DNA from: Prosthecobacter sp.
GTDB taxonomy: Bacteria > Verrucomicrobiota > Verrucomicrobiia > Verrucomicrobiales > Verrucomicrobiaceae
Length of the DNA stretch: 64,000 bases
Direction of reading: 5' to 3'
Assembly (NCBI RefSeq): GCF_044236155.1
Contig: NZ_JBIIHA010000008.1
Coordinates: 65,353-129,352 of the forward strand
Below the pieces are notes generated by a model. The model was not told where the DNA came from. It was given only the letters and a program-made list of their open reading frames with translations, and searched no databases. Every line of letters starts with the position of its first letter. Within the stretch, counting starts at the first letter, position 1. Shown in pieces: positions 60,791 to 64,000 of the stretch. A program made the translations under genes and the position numbers.

Positions 60791-62212
60791 ATGAGGCCAC
60801 GCAGGGCCTTCACCGCCTCTGCAATGTCGGCCCCTTCGTCATTCGCCATTTTGGTTTCGTCATTTCTGCTCTGCCCCTTACTCCTGGCGGAGAGTTTTTA
60901 CCGTGCTCCGCTCAGTTACAGCACGACCCGCGATCCTGATCCGCCGAAGTATGCGCGGCATGCGCCGGAGACCGGCATCGACTTCCTCAAAAGCGCCGCC
61001 TGGCTCGATCTCGGGCTCGATTACCGTTTTCGTTACGAATATCGCGACGATGACATCCGCCGCGCACAGGCCGGATTGGATGATCCCTTCCTGCATCGCA
61101 CGCGGGCCTACGTCGGCATTCACGACATCCTCGATCCCTTCCGCTTTGCGGTCGAGATGCAGGACTCGCGCCGCTACCACAGCCGCTATCCGCGTGATAA
61201 CCGCGATGTGAACGAGTTCGAGGTCATCCGGCTCTACGCGGAACTGCACTTCAAAGAACTGCTCGGCCGTGATGCGCGTGGAAATGCCCGCCCGTTCTTC
61301 ATTCGCTACGGCATTCACAATTTCGAGTTCCTCGACCGCCGCCTCATCGGCAACAACCAATGGCGCAACACGGCGAACACCTTCCAAGGCTTCCACTCCT
61401 CCCTCGGGCAGGAAAACAACGACTGGCAGGTCGATCTCCTCGCCGTTCAGCCGCTGAGCCGCAGCCTCTATGATTGGGACCGGCCCGTCGAGCAGCAGTG
61501 GATGTATGCCGCCATCGGTCACTGGCGCGGCTGGGCGGAGATCATCACGCTGGAGCCTTACTACCTCGCCCTGCACCAGTCCGCGCACGCCGGAGTGCGG
61601 GAGCGCATGGTTCACAATCCCGGCCTGCGTGGCTACGGCATCATCGCAGGCACCGGCTTCGACTACGATGCCAGCTTCAACTACCAGTTCGGCCAGAACG
61701 GCCCGCGCAAAGTGCGTGCGTGGTCGGCCACCACCGAACTGGGCTACAGCTTCAAGCTGCCGTGGAAGCCGCGCCTCAGCCTCTTCTACGGCCATGCAAG
61801 CGGCGATCGCGATCCGAACGACGGCACCGACAACCGCTTCGAAAAATTCTTTGGCTTCGGCCGTCCTTGGTCGGCGAACGACTACATCGTCTATGAGAAC
61901 ATCCGCGCGCCGAAGCTCCGCCTCGAATGCGCTCCGTCCAAAACCTTCCGCTTCGACCTCGGCTACAGTTGGTACTGGCTCGACAGCGCCAGCGACCGCT
62001 TCGCCGGCGCGAACAACGTGCGCGATGTCACCGGCTCCAGCGGCAGCTTCATCGGCCACGAGTTCGACATCCGCACCCGCTTCAATCTTGGCGACAAAAC
62101 CGAGCTGATCCTCGGCTACGCCCATTTCACGGCCGGAAACTTCACCACGAGCATGGTCCGCAGTGGCGACACCGATTTCGGCTACATCGAGTTCAGCCGA
62201 CCGTTTTTTTGA
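60791..62212 (+). CDS. Alginate-export family outer-membrane beta-barrel (porin-like)
   Basis: WLDLGLDYRFRYEYRDDDIRR and the repeated aromatic-terminated strands are typical of the alginate_exp family. The leader is MRPRRAFTASAMSAPSSFAILVSSFLLCPLLLA. ATG 60824 is an alternative start. Confidence 0.8.
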   Translation: MRPRRAFTASAMSAPSSFAILVSSFLLCPLLLAESFYRAPLSYSTTRDPDPPKYARHAPETGIDFLKSAAWLDLGLDYRFRYEYRDDDIRRAQAGLDDPFLHRTRAYVGIHDILDPFRFAVEMQDSRRYHSRYPRDNRDVNEFEVIRLYAELHFKELLGRDARGNARPFFIRYGIHNFEFLDRRLIGNNQWRNTANTFQGFHSSLGQENNDWQVDLLAVQPLSRSLYDWDRPVEQQWMYAAIGHWRGWAEIITLEPYYLALHQSAHAGVRERMVHNPGLRGYGIIAGTGFDYDASFNYQFGQNGPRKVRAWSATTELGYSFKLPWKPRLSLFYGHASGDRDPNDGTDNRFEKFFGFGRPWSANDYIVYENIRAPKLRLECAPSKTFRFDLGYSWYWLDSASDRFAGANNVRDVTGSSGSFIGHEFDIRTRFNLGDKTELILGYAHFTAGNFTTSMVRSGDTDFGYIEFSRPFF

Positions 62213-62289
62213 GGACGGGGAGCGAGCCCTTCTTTAAAAATCCTTAATTCCTACTTGCTGAGTGTATATTCATCGTGCATGGGTTTTGC

Positions 62290-62835
62290 ATGAAACTCAC
62301 CAAACGAGGAGAATACGCGCTTCGCACCCTGATCCGACTCGGTATTGCCGACCGGCAGGGTGAGGGGGTCATTTCCGTGTCCACGCTCGCCGACCAGGAG
62401 AGGCTGCCGTTCAAGTTCCTCGAGGCCATCCTGTTTGAGCTGCGTCAGGCCGGTTACGTGGAAAGCCTGCGCGGCAAGCACGGCGGCGCACGCCTCGCGA
62501 AGCCGGCGAAGTCCATCAAGATGGGTGATGTCGTGCGGCTCATCGACGGCAAGCTCGCGCCCATCGGCTGCGCCAGCGAGACGGAGTATGAAAAGTGCTC
62601 CTGTCCTGATGAGGAGCACTGCGGGCTGCGGATGCTGATGATCGATGTGCGCAATGCCATCGCGAACATCCTCGACCGCTACACGCTCGACCACGTCGTC
62701 GAGGTCACGCTGCGAAAACAAGAACAGCAGGCCGCCGCGACACGAAAGACAACCGCCAAGAAAAAGACCTCCAAAACCCTCCACGCTGATCCCGCCGACG
62801 GCTTCCTCGCCGCGCTGCTCTCACCCGCCATCTGA
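62290..62835 (+). CDS. Rrf2 family transcriptional regulator (three-Cys cluster-ligand pattern)
   Basis: ATG 62290 gives MKLTKRGEYALRTLIRLG. The wHTH region reads ERLPFKFLEAILFELRQAGYVESLRGKHGGARL. The Cys triad is in IGCASETEYEKCSCPDEEHC. There is an unusual basic C-terminal extension. Confidence 0.9.
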   Translation: MKLTKRGEYALRTLIRLGIADRQGEGVISVSTLADQERLPFKFLEAILFELRQAGYVESLRGKHGGARLAKPAKSIKMGDVVRLIDGKLAPIGCASETEYEKCSCPDEEHCGLRMLMIDVRNAIANILDRYTLDHVVEVTLRKQEQQAAATRKTTAKKKTSKTLHADPADGFLAALLSPAI

Positions 62836-62841
62836 CGTGCC

Positions 62842-63033
62842 ATGAGCCAGACCCTTGCCCCATCTTCCATCGAGCCCTGGCTCGAAATCGTCCGCCAGAA
62901 AGTCGCCGCCATGCGCTTCGGCTCCGTGCAGATCGTCGTCCATGAAGGACGCGTCACGCAGGTCGAAAGCACGGAAAAGACCCGCTTCGCCGCGGATGAA
63001 GCACCCGCCCCACGCCGCTCTTCGCGGCCTTGA
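62842..63033 (+). CDS. YezD/DUF2292-like small protein
   Basis: 63 aa. RFGSVQIVVHEGRVTQVESTEKTRF matches the YezD-type pattern (G.v.i.ihdGrvv.ie..ek). It lies 6 nt after the Rrf2 stop. Confidence 0.65.
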   Translation: MSQTLAPSSIEPWLEIVRQKVAAMRFGSVQIVVHEGRVTQVESTEKTRFAADEAPAPRRSSRP

Positions 63034-63124
63034 TTCCCTTTCCGCCTACTGCACCCGCAGGGGCCTCCGAAAACACTCTTGCTGACGCCGACCGGACCAC
63101 CGGAAGCCGACGCCCGCAAGAACC

Positions 63125-64000
63125 ATGCACCTCAACGCCAAGCACCTCCCGCACCGAACCCTACCCAGCCTCGCACTCCTCCTTCTCGGCCTCAGCAGCG
63201 CCTTCGCGCAGCCTTTTGAAGAGGATCATCCGCGCACGACACGGGGCACTTACTACCTCAATCCGCTCAGCTACAGCACCACGCGTGATCCTGATCCGCC
63301 GAAGTATGTGCGCAATGTGAGCGAGCTCGGCATCGACTCGCTGCTGAATGTGAACTGGCTCGATGTGGGCCTCGATTACCGCTTCCGCTACGAATATCGC
63401 GACGACGACATCCGCCGTGCCCGCGCAGGCCGTGACGAGCCCTGGCTGCACCGCACACGAGCCTACATCGGCATCAAGGAGATCATCGATCCCTTCCGCT
63501 TCGCGGCGGAGATGCAGGACGCCCGCCGCTACAACTCGAACTACCCTCGCGACAACCGCGATGTGAACGAGTTCGAGTTCATCCGGCTCTACGGCGAGCT
63601 GTACTTCAAGGATCTGCTCGGCCATGACGACATTGGCAATCCACGCCCACTCAGCATCCGCTACGGCATTCACAACTTCGAGTTCCTCGACCGCCGTCTG
63701 CTCGGCAACAACCAGTGGCGCAACACGGCGAACACCTTCCAGGGCTTCCACGCCAGCCTGGGGCAGGAAAGCAATGACTGGCAGCTCGATCTGCTCGCCG
63801 TGCAGCCGCTGTATCGCAGCCAGTATCGCTGGGATCGTCCCGTGGAGCAGCAGTGGCTCTATGGCGTCATCGGACACTGGCGGAAATGGCCGGAAATCGT
63901 CACGCTGGAGCCTTACTACCTCGCGCTGAGCCAGAGTGCTCATGCGGGCGTCGCGGAGCGGCTCGTGCATTCGCCGGGGATTCGCGCTTACGGCATCGTC
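63125..64000 (+). CDS. Alginate-export family outer-membrane protein, paralogue; 5' part, runs off the right edge
   Basis: Hand translation from ATG 63125 gives MHLNAKHLPHRTLPSLALLLLGLSSAFAQP...WLDVGLDYRFRYEYRDDDIRRARAG...IRYGIHNFEFLDRRLLGNNQWRNTANTFQGFH. It is collinear with 60791..62212 and roughly three-quarters identical by eye. It is missing from the track because it is truncated. Confidence 0.8.
   Translation, partial: MHLNAKHLPHRTLPSLALLLLGLSSAFAQPFEEDHPRTTRGTYYLNPLSYSTTRDPDPPKYVRNVSELGIDSLLNVNWLDVGLDYRFRYEYRDDDIRRARAGRDEPWLHRTRAYIGIKEIIDPFRFAAEMQDARRYNSNYPRDNRDVNEFEFIRLYGELYFKDLLGHDDIGNPRPLSIRYGIHNFEFLDRRLLGNNQWRNTANTFQGFHASLGQESNDWQLDLLAVQPLYRSQYRWDRPVEQQWLYGVIGHWRKWPEIVTLEPYYLALSQSAHAGVAERLVHSPGIRAYGIV

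Noticed and set aside
62213-62289. A putative sigma-70 promoter (TTAATT ... TATATT) upstream of rrf2.
   Set aside because: The spacing is about 15 nt rather than 17, and PVC promoter consensus is poorly known. There is not enough support for a feature call.
1-64000. Search for tRNA, rRNA, tmRNA, CRISPR arrays, transposases, integrases and phage genes.
   Set aside because: By eye I found no GTTCGAATC-type T-loops in intergenic DNA. There are no regularly spaced direct repeats and no DDE, tyrosine or serine recombinase-like ORFs. The window looks like core chromosome with only a small TA insertion.

Overview
Dense, high-GC chromosomal segment that looks like a PVC-superphylum genome, most likely Verrucomicrobiota. 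The basis is four DUF1501 genes, two DUF1549/DUF1553 (PSD) genes, a PVC-type dehydrogenase with a CxxCH heme tail, and many Tat or lipoprotein leaders. I call about 52 CDS, 1 pseudogene, several hairpin terminators and a dispersed short repeat family. I found no rRNA, tRNA, CRISPR array, transposase or integrase. Most genes concern glycan turnover: two sulfatases, two sialate O-acetylesterase paralogues, a BNR sialidase-like protein next to a NanA/DapA-family lyase, Gfo/Idh/MocA oxidoreductases, esterases, a CE4 deacetylase and an SDR-FAH pair. Housekeeping genes are interspersed (galE, recN, exbB-exbD). The items most worth a second look are as follows. (1) A tightly linked pair encoding a tandem winged-helix-like protein and an ORC/Cdc6-like P-loop NTPase with two long polyproline tracts, which I cannot assign to any described system. 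(2) A ~32-nt TTCGTCATTC-type repeat unit that sits sense-oriented at or inside the 5' ends of several genes, forms inverted pairs in two intercistronic gaps, and appears to encode part of two signal peptides. (3) A 1311-aa fusion of a xylose-isomerase-like TIM barrel, a LamG domain, a beta-propeller and an azurin-like cupredoxin. (4) A DUF1501-ExbB-ExbD-(Pro-rich anchor + TPR) gene string. (5) A HEPN-MNT toxin-antitoxin pair wedged between a PSD1 gene and its DUF1501 partner. (6) Duplicated alginate-export-type porins flanking an Rrf2-YezD pair. All family assignments come from motif recognition by eye, because no searches could be run. Many long antisense ORFs in the track are high-GC shadow ORFs and were rejected.
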